This document shows positions 1-9,222 of a stretch of DNA of 26,854 nt, in pieces. The DNA comes from Acidobacteriota bacterium (GTDB taxonomy: Bacteria > Acidobacteriota > Thermoanaerobaculia > Multivoradales > UBA5704), in assembly GCA_040005235.1 (NCBI GenBank), contig JBDTZG010000069.1, positions 1 to 26,854 on the forward strand, in the 5' to 3' direction. The translations under genes and the position numbers were made by a program. The number at the start of each line of letters is the position of its first letter. The first letter of the stretch is position 1. A model generated the notes under the pieces. It was not told the origin of the DNA, did not search any database, and saw nothing but the letters and a program-made list of their open reading frames with translations.

Positions 1-3000
1 ACCCGGTTGCCGATCGATCCGTAGCTGATCGTCGGGCAGTCGAGCACGTCGAGGTTGATGTCGCCCTGGCCGGTGGCGGTCAGCGCCGAGCCGCTCGTGG
101 GCTGGGACGTCACGTTCCACAGGTACCAACCCGAACCGCCGAAGTTAAGGTTCTTGTTGTTGGCGCCGACCCCCATCTGGAACGCCGGGCCGGTGTTGGT
201 GATCGTGATCGACGCTCCCGCGTAGGCGCTCACTCCCTTAAGCGTTCCGGTGAACGTCTTGTAGTAGTTCCAGCTCGCCGTGTTCACCGGTCCGCCGTTT
301 TGGCTGTAAGCGCTCGCCGCCAGCTCCTTCTTCGGACTCCCGGCGCCCGCCGTGGCGGTGTACCCGGCGAACGTGAGGTCCACCGTGAACCCGTGGGTCG
401 GGGCCGAGACGCTGTACATCGTCCCGGTCAGGTGCGCAGTGCCGTCGGCGTTGCGCACGAACGTGCCGTCGATCGGGCTGAACTGGAAGTCAGTACCGAT
501 CCCCGGCAGCCACAGCACGTGGTTGGCCGAGACGCTCTGGACCGCCGGGTTGTTGTTCGCTTCGTTCGCGCACGACGCGCAGTTTCCAAGATCGACGTTG
601 ATGTCGCCCTGGCCGGTGGTCGAAAGAGCCGTGCCGCTGGTCGGCTGGGAGGCCACGGTCCAAAGGAACCAACCCGAACCGCCGTAAAGGATGTTCTTAT
701 TGTTCGCGCCGATGCCGATCTGGAACGCCGGGCCCGCAGGGGTGAGGTTGATCACAGCACCGGCGAAGGTTTCAATGCCGGTGAGCTTGCCGGTGAAAGT
801 CGCGTAGTACTTGAACGTCGCCGTATTGACCGGACCGCCGTTTTCCGAATAAGCACTGGCCAGCATCTCCTTCTTCGGGCTCATCGGCGGCGGCGTCATC
901 GTGAAACCGCTGAACACGACGTCGACGATGAACGCCTGACTCGGATTCGCGATCCGACGGATCACGCCGGTCAGGCGAGCCGTTCCGTCCGCATGCTGAA
1001 CGAAGCTGCCGGTCGCCGGAGCGAACATGAAGTCGGTGCCGATATTGGGCAACCAGAACGCGTGACCGCCGGTAGCGCCCGAATAGGTCGGGTTGGCGTA
1101 GGCGCCCTTAGCGCAGGTCTCGCTGTCGGACGTCCGGTACCCGAAATCGACGTCCGTTCGGGCCTGGCCGGCGGTGAGGATCGCAACGGCCCGATGGGGT
1201 GTCGCCACGCCATCCAGGTCGTAGGTCGGACCGAAGCCCGGCGGCAAGGTCGTCGAATCGACCACCACCGTGTAGGTGCCGGCCATCAAACCGGTGAAGG
1301 TGTAGTTGCCATTGGTTGCGGTGACTTGAGTGGCGATCACCGTATTGGCTGCATTCAACAGCCGGACGGTGACGCCGTTCAGCCCCACCTCACCCGCGTC
1401 CTGCACGCCGTTGCCATTGACGTCGTTCCACACCCGGTCGCCGATGCTGCCGGTCGGGGGTACTCGATACCCAAAGTCCACGTCCGTCCGATTCTGGCCG
1501 GCCGCTAGGGCGAACGACGCGATGTTCGCCGTCCCTGTGCCGTCCAGGTCGTACGTTTGAGCCACGCCCGCCGGGAGCGTTGACGTCACCACCCGGACCG
1601 AGTAGTTGGCAGGCAAGAGGTTGGTGAAGCTGTAGTTGCCATCCCCCGAGGTCACCTTCGACGCGAGCACCGTGCCGCCGGAGCTCAGCAGCTCGACCGT
1701 CACCCCGTTGATCCCGGTCTCGCCGCTGTCCTGCACTCCGTTGCCATTGGTGTCGGTCCAGACCCGGTCGCCGGCCGATGCTGTACCGCGGTAGCCGAAG
1801 TCAACGTCCGTGCGGTTCTGACCCGCCGCCAGATTGAACGTCGCAATGTTCGCGGTCGCGATACCGTCCAGGTCGAACGTCTGAGCCATGCCGGCCGGCA
1901 GAGTCGCCGTGACCACCCGGACTGAGTAGTTGCCGGCCAGGAGGCTGGTGAAGCTGTAGTTGCCGTCGCCCGACGTGACCTTCGAAGCGATGACCGTTCC
2001 GCCCGAATTCAGCAGCTCGACCGTCGCCCCGTTGATCCCAACCTCACCGGCATCCTGCAGGCCGTTGGCGTTGGTGTCGGTCCAGACCCGGTCGCCGACC
2101 GAGGCCGTTCCGCGATAGCCGAAGTCCACGTCTGTCCGGTTCTGCCCGCCCGCGAGAGTGAACGCCGCGATGTTCGCGGTGCCGACGCCGTCCAGGTCGA
2201 ACGTCTGCGCCAACCCGGCCGGAAGCGTCGAGGTCACCACCCGGACCGAGTAATTGCCGGCCAGGAGGTTGGTGAAGATGTAGTTGCCGTCTCCCGCCGT
2301 CACCTTCGAAGCGATGACCGTGCCGCCCGAATTCAGCAGCTCGACCGTCACCCCATTGATCCCAACCTCACCGGCATCCTGCACGCCGTTGGCGTTGGTG
2401 TCGGTCCAGACCCGGTCGCCGACCGAGGCCGTGCCGCGATAGCCGAAGTCCACGTCCGTCCGGTTCTGCCCGCCCGCCAGGGCAAAGGCCGCGATGTTCG
2501 CCGTGGCGAAGCCGTCCAGGTCGTAGGTCTGAGTCAACCCGGGCGGCAGAGTCGCCGCAACCACCCGGACCGAGTAGTTGCCGGCCGAGAGGTTGGTGAA
2601 GCTGTAATTGCCGTCGCCCGCCGTAGCCTGCGAGGCGATGACCGTGCCGCCCGAATTGAGCAGCTCGACCGTCACTCCGTTGATTCCGGTCTCGCCGGCA
2701 TCCTGAACACCGTTGCCGTTGGTGTCGGTCCAGACCCGGTCACCGACCGAGGCTGTTCCGCGATAGCCGAAGTCCACGTCCGCCCGGTTCTGACCGGCCG
2801 CCAGCGCGAACGACGCACTGTTTGCCGTGCCAACTCCATCCAGGTCGTACGTCGGAGCCAATCCCGCGGGAAGGGTCGCAGGAACCACCTCGATCCGATA
2901 GCTACCCGCAAGGACGTTGCCGAACGTGTAGTTGCCGTCGCCAGCCGTGACCTGGGTACCGATCGTTACGTTGTGAAGGGTGTCGACCAGACGAACCGTC

Positions 3001-6000
3001 ACGCCGTTGATCCCGACCTCGCCCGCATCCTGGATGCCGTCGCCGTTGGTGTCGTTCCAGATCCGGTCGCCGACCGACCCGTAGCTGACCGGGGGACAGT
3101 CGAACATGTCGAGGTTGATATCGCCCTGGCCCGAGGAGACGAGAACCTCGCCTCCCGTGGGTTGACTGTTGACCTGCCAGAGATACCAGCCCGAGGCGCC
3201 GAAATGGAGATTCTTATTGTTGGCGCCGACTCCCATCTGGAAGGCCGGACCGGTTTTGGAAATCGAGATCGAGCCGCCGGCGTAGGCGCTCACCCCGGTC
3301 AGAGTCCCGGAGTACGCCGTGTAGTAGGTCCAGGTCGCTGAATCCGCCACCCCGCCGTTTTCGACGTAGGCGCCGGCCGCCAGTTCCTTCTTCGGGCTGC
3401 CCGGAGGAGTCGTCGCGGTGAAGCCGGAGAACTGGATATCGACTTGGAACCCGTGCGTCGGGCTCGAGAGGCTGTACACCGTCCCGGTCAGGTGAGCGGT
3501 GCCGTCGGCATTGTTGCGAACGAACGTGCCGTTGAGCGGACTGAACTGGAAGTCGGTGCCGATGCCGGGCAGCCACAAAGCGTGGTTGTACCCGCCGCCC
3601 AGAACTGCCGGGTCGCTGTCCGCGTGGTTGACGCAGGCCGAGCAGTCGCCCAGGTCGATGTTGATGTCGCCCTGGCCGGACGGGGTGAGAGTCGAACCGC
3701 CTGCCGGCTGCGAGGCGACGTTCCAGAGGAACCAACCCGAACCGCCGTAAAGGAGGTTCTTGTTGTTGGCTCCCGCTCCGAGCTGGAAAGCCGGACCGGT
3801 GTTGGCGATGTTGACGACCGCTCCGGCAAAAGACTCGATGCCGGTGAGCTCGCCCGTAAAGCTCGTGTAGTACTTGAAGGTCGCCGTGTTGACCGGCCCG
3901 CCGTTCTCCGAATAGGCGCTCGCGGAGAGCTCTTTCTTCGGGCTGCCCGGGGGCGCCGTGGCGGTGAAGCCGCTGAGCACTACGTCGACCACGAAGGCCT
4001 GGCTGGGATCTGCCGTCCGGCGCACGATGCCGGTCAGGCGCGCGGTTCCGTCCGCGCGCTGGACGAAGCTACCGGTCGCCGGAGCGAACTGGAAGTCGAG
4101 GCCGATGCCTGGCAGGTAGAACGCGTGCCCGTCGGGGTTGCTGCCATATGCCGGATTGTTGAACGAGCCCTGGGCGCAGGTTGCGGTGTCGTCCACGTGG
4201 TAGCCGAAATCCACGTCGGTCCGGTTTTGACCCATGTTCAGGGTGGCCGCGGCCCGGTGCGGTGTAGCGACGCCGTCGAGGTCGTAGGTCGGACCGAAGC
4301 CCGCCGGCAGCGTCGTCGAATCGACGACGACCGTGTAGCTGCCCGCCGCAAGGTTGCCGAAGGTGTAATTGCCGTCCCCCGCCGTCACCTGCGAAGCGAT
4401 GACCGCGTTGGTCCCGTCGAGAAGGCGAACCGTGACGCCGTTGATTCCCGGCTCGCCGACATCCTGGGCGCCGTTGCCGTTGAGATCGTTCCAGACCCGA
4501 TCTCCGAGGCTGCCGGGCGACGGAGGCTGGCGATAGCCGAAATCGATATCCGTCCGATTCTGCCCCGCGCCCAGAGAGGCGGTCGCGATATTTGCCGTGC
4601 CGACCCCGTCGAAATCGTAGGTTTGGACGAGACCCGGCGGGAGCGTCGCCGTGACGATCCGCACCGAGTACGTTCCGGCGGTAAGGCCGGAGAACGTGTA
4701 ATTGCCGTCGCCCGAAGTCACCTGGGAGCCGATTACGCTGTTGGCGCCGTTGAGCAATTCGACGGTCACGCCGTTGATACCGGATTCTCCGGCATCTTGG
4801 ACGCCGTCGCCGTCGGGGTCCAGCCAAACCCGGTCTCCGAGGCTCGCGTTCGCCGCGGTGTCATAGCCGAAGTCATAGGTAAGGACGTTGGTTCCGGCGA
4901 GCGTCCGGGTGAGCGAGTCGCCGCCCGTCGTGGAAGACTTCCCCGCCAGCGGCTGTCCGGGATCGAAGTTGCTCGCTGCGACCCGAACTTCGTAGCTGCC
5001 GGGCGAGTCCATGCCGAAGCAGTAAAGCCCGTTGGTATCGGTGCCCGTGTTGTTCGCCACGCACGCCGACCAGTTCGGGCTCGTCGTATCGCCCGTTTTC
5101 GCCGTGGCGATCACCACGCTGTCGCTCGGACGCACCAGCTCCATCAACACCCCGGGAATGCCCGCTTCGCCCGAGTCCAAAACCCCAGGATTCGCGGTGT
5201 CGGCCCAGACGAAGTCGCCCAAAATATAGGACGACTCGTCCGAACAGGCGGGAACCCGCGGTACTTCGTCCGGATCCTCGCCCGGGTGGGGAGCGCGAGC
5301 CGGCCGCGTAGCGCAGGTGTCGGCGAACCAGAAGTTGAGGTTCGCGAGATCCAGCCCGACAATCGTGACTTTCCAGATCCCGCCGGGGAGCGTCGTACCG
5401 GAATACAGCCAATCCGCATCGCCGGCGGAAGACGACGTTGGGGTGGCGATCAGAAACTGCTCCCACTCGAAGCTACCCGAGGGGTTGTTGTTGAAGTAAA
5501 CGTTGCCCTCGGGGTCCGTCACCTCATAGCGAACGCAGCCGACGTGACCAGGATCGCCAAGCTCGCCGCGCCGAAATACGTCGCGAAAGTTGTCGTCTGG
5601 CGGCGAGCCGGGACCCTGGATCCCTTCGGGACTCGCGCCGGTGGTGACAAACGGGAATCCTGAATAGGCGGCGTCGGTATCCGGATCATCCTGGTCCACG
5701 CAGGGGTCGAGCAGGACTCCCGAGGGATTGCCCACCACCAAGCTGGTCCCAAAGTCGAAGTCGCCGTCAAACAGACGCAGTTCGGTCTCGCCGCCGGGAA
5801 GGGTGAAGTAGAACTCAAAGGTTCCATCGTAGGTCGTAGGTGCGGTCAGGAAGCTGCCGGTGGCCGGAACGGTTGAAGTTGATCCCGGATAAATGATTGG
5901 GACGTCGTTTGCGAGTTGGCGGAGACCAGCGACCAACCCGAATCGCGGGGTGCGGAAGTTCATCGGGTTGGATGCCGCGATCTTGAGGCTGCTTTCAAGC

Positions 6001-6554
6001 TGCTCGCCTAACCCGCAAGGACCGTCGGTATCGATCACGAAGTTATAAAAATAGTTTCCGCTCGGTGCCTGGGAGATCGCGGTGTTGGTCACTGTCACGG
6101 CCCACCAGGCGTTGTCCGGCATGCTGGCCGCACTCGAGGTCCAGAACGGACCGCTGGTCGGATTGACCGCATTGCCGAACCACTGGCCGATCAGATTGGC
6201 GGGCGCGGTGCTGCCGGTCCGCGCGGGGTCGGCATACAGCGAAAACTTCAGCTGGCGCGTGCCGAGGTCCCAGTGCCTCTTACCGGCCCCATCGAGGCCG
6301 CCGGTCTCGCCGTCGAAAACGTTGAGGTCGAAAGTGGCGGTCGCCGCAGGCGCGGCGAGTGCGATCTGGACGTTCTGCTCAAACGTGGCCAGGCCCGCGC
6401 AGCCAAAACCCATGAACCGTCCGTCCGTGGCATTCTGCGATGGAAACGCCGCAAAAGGCCCCGGCCCCAGTTGGGCGCGCGCGGCGCCGAAGGTCAACAG
6501 CGTCAGTGCGACACAGAGGAGTATGGCCCGCGACTTCTGTCTTTGATCTCTCAT
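1..6554 (-). CDS. Giant secreted repeat protein (SdrD B-like domains plus unnamed ~179-aa repeats), probable adhesin or surface protein; 3' end lies outside the window
   Basis: Translated by hand. ATG at 6554 is preceded by AAGAAAGGG (RBS). The N-terminus MRDQRQKSRAILLCVALTLLTFGAARA-Q looks like a Sec signal peptide. The frame is the same at both ends (codons end at positions divisible by 3) and I found no stop in the segments read. It contains repeated GDRVW.D.NG.GVQD.GE.GINGVTVELL...GDGNY.F..L..G.Y.VR...DFGY (SdrD B-like). Absent from the ORF track because there is no stop codon in the window. Confidence 0.93.
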   Translation of the reverse strand, partial: MRDQRQKSRAILLCVALTLLTFGAARAQLGPGPFAAFPSQNATDGRFMGFGCAGLATFEQNVQIALAAPAATATFDLNVFDGETGGLDGAGKRHWDLGTRQLKFSLYADPARTGSTAPANLIGQWFGNAVNPTSGPFWTSSAASMPDNAWWAVTVTNTAISQAPSGNYFYNFVIDTDGPCGLGEQLESSLKIAASNPMNFRTPRFGLVAGLRQLANDVPIIYPGSTSTVPATGSFLTAPTTYDGTFEFYFTLPGGETELRLFDGDFDFGTSLVVGNPSGVLLDPCVDQDDPDTDAAYSGFPFVTTGASPEGIQGPGSPPDDNFRDVFRRGELGDPGHVGCVRYEVTDPEGNVYFNNNPSGSFEWEQFLIATPTSSSAGDADWLYSGTTLPGGIWKVTIVGLDLANLNFWFADTCATRPARAPHPGEDPDEVPRVPACSDESSYILGDFVWADTANPGVLDSGEAGIPGVLMELVRPSDSVVIATAKTGDTTSPNWSACVANNTGTDTNGLYCFGMDSPGSYEVRVAASNFDPGQPLAGKSSTTGGDSLTRTLAGTNVLTYDFGYDTAANASLGDRVWLDPDGDGVQDAGESGINGVTVELLNGANSVIGSQVTSGDGNYTFSGLTAGTYSVRIVTATLPPGLVQTYDFDGVGTANIATASLGAGQNRTDIDFGYRQPPSPGSLGDRVWNDLNGNGAQDVGEPGINGVTVRLLDGTNAVIASQVTAGDGNYTFGNLAAGSYTVVVDSTTLPAGFGPTYDLDGVATPHRAAATLNMGQNRTDVDFGYHVDDTATCAQGSFNNPAYGSNPDGHAFYLPGIGLDFQFAPATGSFVQRADGTARLTGIVRRTADPSQAFVVDVVLSGFTATAPPGSPKKELSASAYSENGGPVNTATFKYYTSFTGELTGIESFAGAVVNIANTGPAFQLGAGANNKNLLYGGSGWFLWNVASQPAGGSTLTPSGQGDINIDLGDCSACVNHADSDPAVLGGGYNHALWLPGIGTDFQFSPLNGTFVRNNADGTAHLTGTVYSLSSPTHGFQVDIQFSGFTATTPPGSPKKELAAGAYVENGGVADSATWTYYTAYSGTLTGVSAYAGGSISISKTGPAFQMGVGANNKNLHFGASGWYLWQVNSQPTGGEVLVSSGQGDINLDMFDCPPVSYGSVGDRIWNDTNGDGIQDAGEVGINGVTVRLVDTLHNVTIGTQVTAGDGNYTFGNVLAGSYRIEVVPATLPAGLAPTYDLDGVGTANSASFALAAGQNRADVDFGYRGTASVGDRVWTDTNGNGVQDAGETGINGVTVELLNSGGTVIASQATAGDGNYSFTNLSAGNYSVRVVAATLPPGLTQTYDLDGFATANIAAFALAGGQNRTDVDFGYRGTASVGDRVWTDTNANGVQDAGEVGINGVTVELLNSGGTVIASKVTAGDGNYIFTNLLAGNYSVRVVTSTLPAGLAQTFDLDGVGTANIAAFTLAGGQNRTDVDFGYRGTASVGDRVWTDTNANGLQDAGEVGINGATVELLNSGGTVIASKVTSGDGNYSFTSLLAGNYSVRVVTATLPAGMAQTFDLDGIATANIATFNLAAGQNRTDVDFGYRGTASAGDRVWTDTNGNGVQDSGETGINGVTVELLSSGGTVLASKVTSGDGNYSFTNLLPANYSVRVVTSTLPAGVAQTYDLDGTGTANIASFALAAGQNRTDVDFGYRVPPTGSIGDRVWNDVNGNGVQDAGEVGLNGVTVRLLNAANTVIATQVTATNGNYTFTGLMAGTYTVVVDSTTLPPGFGPTYDLDGVATPHRAVAILTAGQARTDVDFGYRTSDSETCAKGAYANPTYSGATGGHAFWLPNIGTDFMFAPATGSFVQHADGTARLTGVIRRIANPSQAFIVDVVFSGFTMTPPPMSPKKEMLASAYSENGGPVNTATFKYYATFTGKLTGIETFAGAVINLTPAGPAFQIGIGANNKNILYGGSGWFLWTVASQPTSGTALSTTGQGDINVDLGNCASCANEANNNPAVQSVSANHVLWLPGIGTDFQFSPIDGTFVRNADGTAHLTGTMYSVSAPTHGFTVDLTFAGYTATAGAGSPKKELAASAYSQNGGPVNTASWNYYKTFTGTLKGVSAYAGASITITNTGPAFQMGVGANNKNLNFGGSGWYLWNVTSQPTSGSALTATGQGDINLDVLDCPTISYGSIGNR
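36..1115 (-). repeat. Tandem pair (copies 3 and 4) of an unnamed ~179-aa repeat domain inside the giant protein
   Basis: Cys-to-Cys units at 1115..579 and 572..36, each 179 codons. Shared motifs: H..WLP.IGTDF.F, ADGTA.LTG, SPKKE...SAYS.NGGPVNTA, GPAFQ.G.GANNKN...GGSGW.LW, GQGDIN.D. Confidence 0.9.
1135..3080 (-). repeat. Six tandem SdrD B-like domain repeats, 324-nt (108-aa) period
   Basis: The DFGYR-coding anchor (cgatagccgaagtc and variants on the + strand) occurs at 2761, 2437, 2113, 1789 and 1465 (spacing 324) and at 1135 (spacing 330). Each unit has a D.N.NG..D.GE Ca-binding-like loop. Confidence 0.92.
3096..4178 (-). repeat. Tandem pair (copies 1 and 2) of the unnamed ~179-aa repeat domain
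   Basis: Cys-to-Cys units at 4178..3642 (179 codons) and 3635..3096 (180 codons), with the same SPKKEL, GANNKN and GQGDIN motifs as 36..1115. Confidence 0.9.
4200..5229 (-). repeat. Three SdrD B-like domains, the first one divergent with a Cys-containing insertion
   Basis: Units begin ILGDFVWADTANPG, LGDRVWLDPDGDG and LGDRVWNDLNGNG, each ending in DFGY. Boundaries are approximate. Confidence 0.85.
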
Positions 6555-6687
6555 TCGACTACCCTTTCTTCGAGGTCCAGAAAACTTCGCTCACTCGCAC
6601 AAGAACCGACCATCAAGACTCACAAACCTAAGAAAAACCAAGAGATGGACGATCTGGTCCGGCTAAGGACGCGATCATTTTTCAGCG

Positions 6688-6709
6688 ATCGTCAGGAAAT
6701 CGTCAGGAA
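6688..6709. promoter_or_regulatory. Perfect tandem 11-bp direct repeat (ATCGTCAGGAA x2), candidate binding site for the adjacent SARP/BTAD regulator
   Basis: Seen at 6688-6698 and 6699-6709 in the divergent intergenic region. An 11-bp period is typical of OmpR/SARP winged-helix sites. Assignment to this regulator is inference. Confidence 0.6.
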
Positions 6710-6906
6710 GGGGTCCGGCTGGCGATGGTTCACCCCCAACGGCGAAACGGCTTCTGAGTTAGGATCGCTTCCACCTGCCATTGCGGTCCTCGAATGACAT
6801 CTGATAAAGCACGCTTCCCGGCAGAACCGGCGCGGTTTACTTCGCCGAGCACTTTCTTAGCGAAAACGCTTCGAGCCCAAATCCGGCAACTCGGAGCCCG
6901 CGCGGC

Positions 6907-9222
6907 GTGATTCGGGTCCGGCTCTTCGGAGGCTTCGAGGTCTGGCATGGGGATCGCCAGGTCCGCGGCTTCGAATCGCAAAAGGTCCGCGCCCTCTTCG
7001 TCTACCTGGCCTGCCAGGCCGGGCGCGCGTTCAGCCGCGACCATCTCGCCGGATTGCTCTGGCCCGAGCAGGAGGAGGACGGTGCGCGCCATGCCCTGCG
7101 CCAAGCGCTCTACAACCTCCGCTCGGCGCTCCCCGGCAAGGACACACCGAACCCGCCGCTGCTGGTCAGTCACGGCGACATTCGAATCAACCCTGCGGCC
7201 GGCCTGTGGGTCGACGTTCACGCTTTCGAGGAAGCGATCAAGCGAGGAGCCTCGCGGGACGCAGCCGACCCGCATCACCTGGCCACCGCCGTGCAGCTAT
7301 ATCGCGGAGACTTTCTCGCCGGCTTTTTCGTTCGCGACAGCAGCTCGTTCGAAGAGTGGCTGATCGCCGAGCAGGAGCGCCTGCGCGAGGCGACGGTCGA
7401 GGCGCTTCGCGCCTTGATCGAGAGCTACCGGCGCCGCGGCGAATACCGCTTCGGCCTGCACTACGCCCGGCGGCTCGTCGCGCTCGAGCCGCTCGCCGAG
7501 GAGCCGCGGCGCAACTTGATGCGGTTCTATGCCATGACCGGCCGGCGCAGCCAGGCGCTCGCCGAATACGAGGATCTGGTCGCCCTGCTCGACCGCGAGC
7601 TGGGCGTCGATCCTCTTGCGGAGACCCGCGAGCTCTACGAATCGATTCGGGACGACGCTCCGACCCAGGGGATTCCGATCGCGGACGGAGAGCCTATCGG
7701 TCCGATCATCCCTTTGGCCGGACGCCGCGGCGCCTGGGACCGCCTGCGCGACAGTTGGAGGAGAACGCTTTCCGGGGAAACTCCCGTGACCGTCGTCGAA
7801 GGCGAGACCGGCATCGGCAAGACGCGGTTGATTCGAACGTTTCTCGATGCGGTGAGCGGCTCGCGCCGGATCGTAGTGCTCCGCGGTGCGGGCCGGCCGA
7901 CGGCCCTGCCTTCTCCCTTCCTGGCCTGGCTCGACCTCCTGCGCGGCGCGTTCGACGAAGCGGCGGAAGGGGGCGGGCCGGACCCCGCGATCCTGTCGCC
8001 GGAAAAGTTCGGCGACCTGGTCCGCCTGCTCCCAGAGGTTGGCCTGCGCCGGCCGGAGCTGCCGCCGCCGCCCCCTTTGAAACGGGCCTCCGAACGGCGC
8101 CGGCTGTTCGAAACGGTGGTGGACTATCTGGCCGCGTTCTGCACCGCGGGACTCGGCATGGCCACCGTACCGCTGGTGATTTTTATTGACGATCTGCATC
8201 TGGTCGACGACGATTCGCTCGAGCTGCTGCAATTCGCGATTCACCGGTTTCGCGGGCGGCCCTGCTGGTTCCTGCTCGCCACCGAGTCCGTCGAGCTGGC
8301 CGATCTGCGGCCGCACTTCTCCGAGATCGTCCAAGGCGCCGAGCGCATCGCGGTGCGCCGGTTCGACGACGGAGCGATCGAAGAGATCGCGGTCTCCTTA
8401 GTCGGCGACGAATGCGCGGGCGAGCTTTCGCACTGGCTCGCGGAGCGGAGCCGCGGCCTGCCGTTCGCGATCGCGGAGCTGATCAACCTGCTCTGGGACG
8501 AGGGACTGCTCAAACCGGGAGACAATGGTATCTGGCAGCTCTCCTCGTCTCTCTCGACCGCAGTCGTCCCCCCGAACGGCGATCTCGATGCCCTGCTCGG
8601 AGAGCGGGTGCGGCGCCTGCCTTCGTCGATTCGACGTCTGGCGATCCAGGCGGCCTTCGCCGGCTGGAGATTCGAGGCGGACCTACTGCAAAAAGCCGCC
8701 GACGAGCACCCCGCGGTGGTCGAAATCGGCCTGGAGCTGCTGCTCAAGCGGTGGCTCATCCGACAGAGCATCCGCTACTGGTCGACCTTCGGTCGCGCAT
8801 CCGACGTGGTCTTATGGAAGCGCGGCGCGCGGCGCGGAAGCTTCGAGTTTGCACACCAGCAGGTACGCGAGGCGCTCGCGTCGTCGGTCGTCCCGGCGCG
8901 GCAAAGGGCGCTCCATGCCCGGGTGGCTGCGACGCTCGAATCCCTCGCGGCGGACCACCTGGAGATCCATTCCGAGGAGCTGGCCGCTCACTATCTCGCC
9001 GCCGAGATGTGGGATCGTGCACTCCCCTATCTCGAACGGGCGGAAGCCCGGGCGCGCGGCCTGCTCGCGCGCCCCGCCGCGATACGCTACGCGGCGGCGG
9101 CGGCCGAGGCGCGCCTCAAGGTCGCCGAAAGAGCCAACGATTCGATCGATTCCACCGACCCGACCGGTCCGAACACGGGCGAGCGCGCCGAGGTGGCCGC
9201 CGGCCGAAGGAGCCTCCGATGA
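6907..9222 (+). CDS. SARP-family (AfsR/DnrI-like) transcriptional regulator: winged HTH + BTAD + AAA ATPase
   Basis: N-terminal VRLFGGFEV...KVRALFVYLA...SRDHLAGLLWPE...ALRQALYNLR. BTAD motifs AVQLYRGDFL and EPLAEE..R.LMR. Walker A GETGIGKT, Walker B IFIDDLH. GTG start. Confidence 0.93.
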   Translation: MIRVRLFGGFEVWHGDRQVRGFESQKVRALFVYLACQAGRAFSRDHLAGLLWPEQEEDGARHALRQALYNLRSALPGKDTPNPPLLVSHGDIRINPAAGLWVDVHAFEEAIKRGASRDAADPHHLATAVQLYRGDFLAGFFVRDSSSFEEWLIAEQERLREATVEALRALIESYRRRGEYRFGLHYARRLVALEPLAEEPRRNLMRFYAMTGRRSQALAEYEDLVALLDRELGVDPLAETRELYESIRDDAPTQGIPIADGEPIGPIIPLAGRRGAWDRLRDSWRRTLSGETPVTVVEGETGIGKTRLIRTFLDAVSGSRRIVVLRGAGRPTALPSPFLAWLDLLRGAFDEAAEGGGPDPAILSPEKFGDLVRLLPEVGLRRPELPPPPPLKRASERRRLFETVVDYLAAFCTAGLGMATVPLVIFIDDLHLVDDDSLELLQFAIHRFRGRPCWFLLATESVELADLRPHFSEIVQGAERIAVRRFDDGAIEEIAVSLVGDECAGELSHWLAERSRGLPFAIAELINLLWDEGLLKPGDNGIWQLSSSLSTAVVPPNGDLDALLGERVRRLPSSIRRLAIQAAFAGWRFEADLLQKAADEHPAVVEIGLELLLKRWLIRQSIRYWSTFGRASDVVLWKRGARRGSFEFAHQQVREALASSVVPARQRALHARVAATLESLAADHLEIHSEELAAHYLAAEMWDRALPYLERAEARARGLLARPAAIRYAAAAAEARLKVAERANDSIDSTDPTGPNTGERAEVAAGRRSLR

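Noticed and set aside
570-581. CxxC motifs (CASC here, CSAC at 3633-3644) as redox or metal sites
   Set aside because: They are the last Cys of one repeat and the first Cys of the next; the outer ends of each pair carry single Cys.
1135-3080. Regularly spaced DNA repeats as a CRISPR array or DGR template/variable pair
   Set aside because: In-frame 324-nt protein domain repeats with no unique spacers, and no cas or reverse transcriptase gene in the window.
300-5663. Long plus-strand ORFs (300..1508, 3444..5663 and others)
   Set aside because: Antisense shadows of the giant minus-strand gene; Arg/Val/Gly-rich with no motifs, typical of GC-rich DNA.
8412-9218. N-terminal extension of the YfiT ORF (452 aa in the track) and ORF 8525..10783
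   Set aside because: They overlap the SARP gene in other frames; homology and the RBS begin at ATG 9219.
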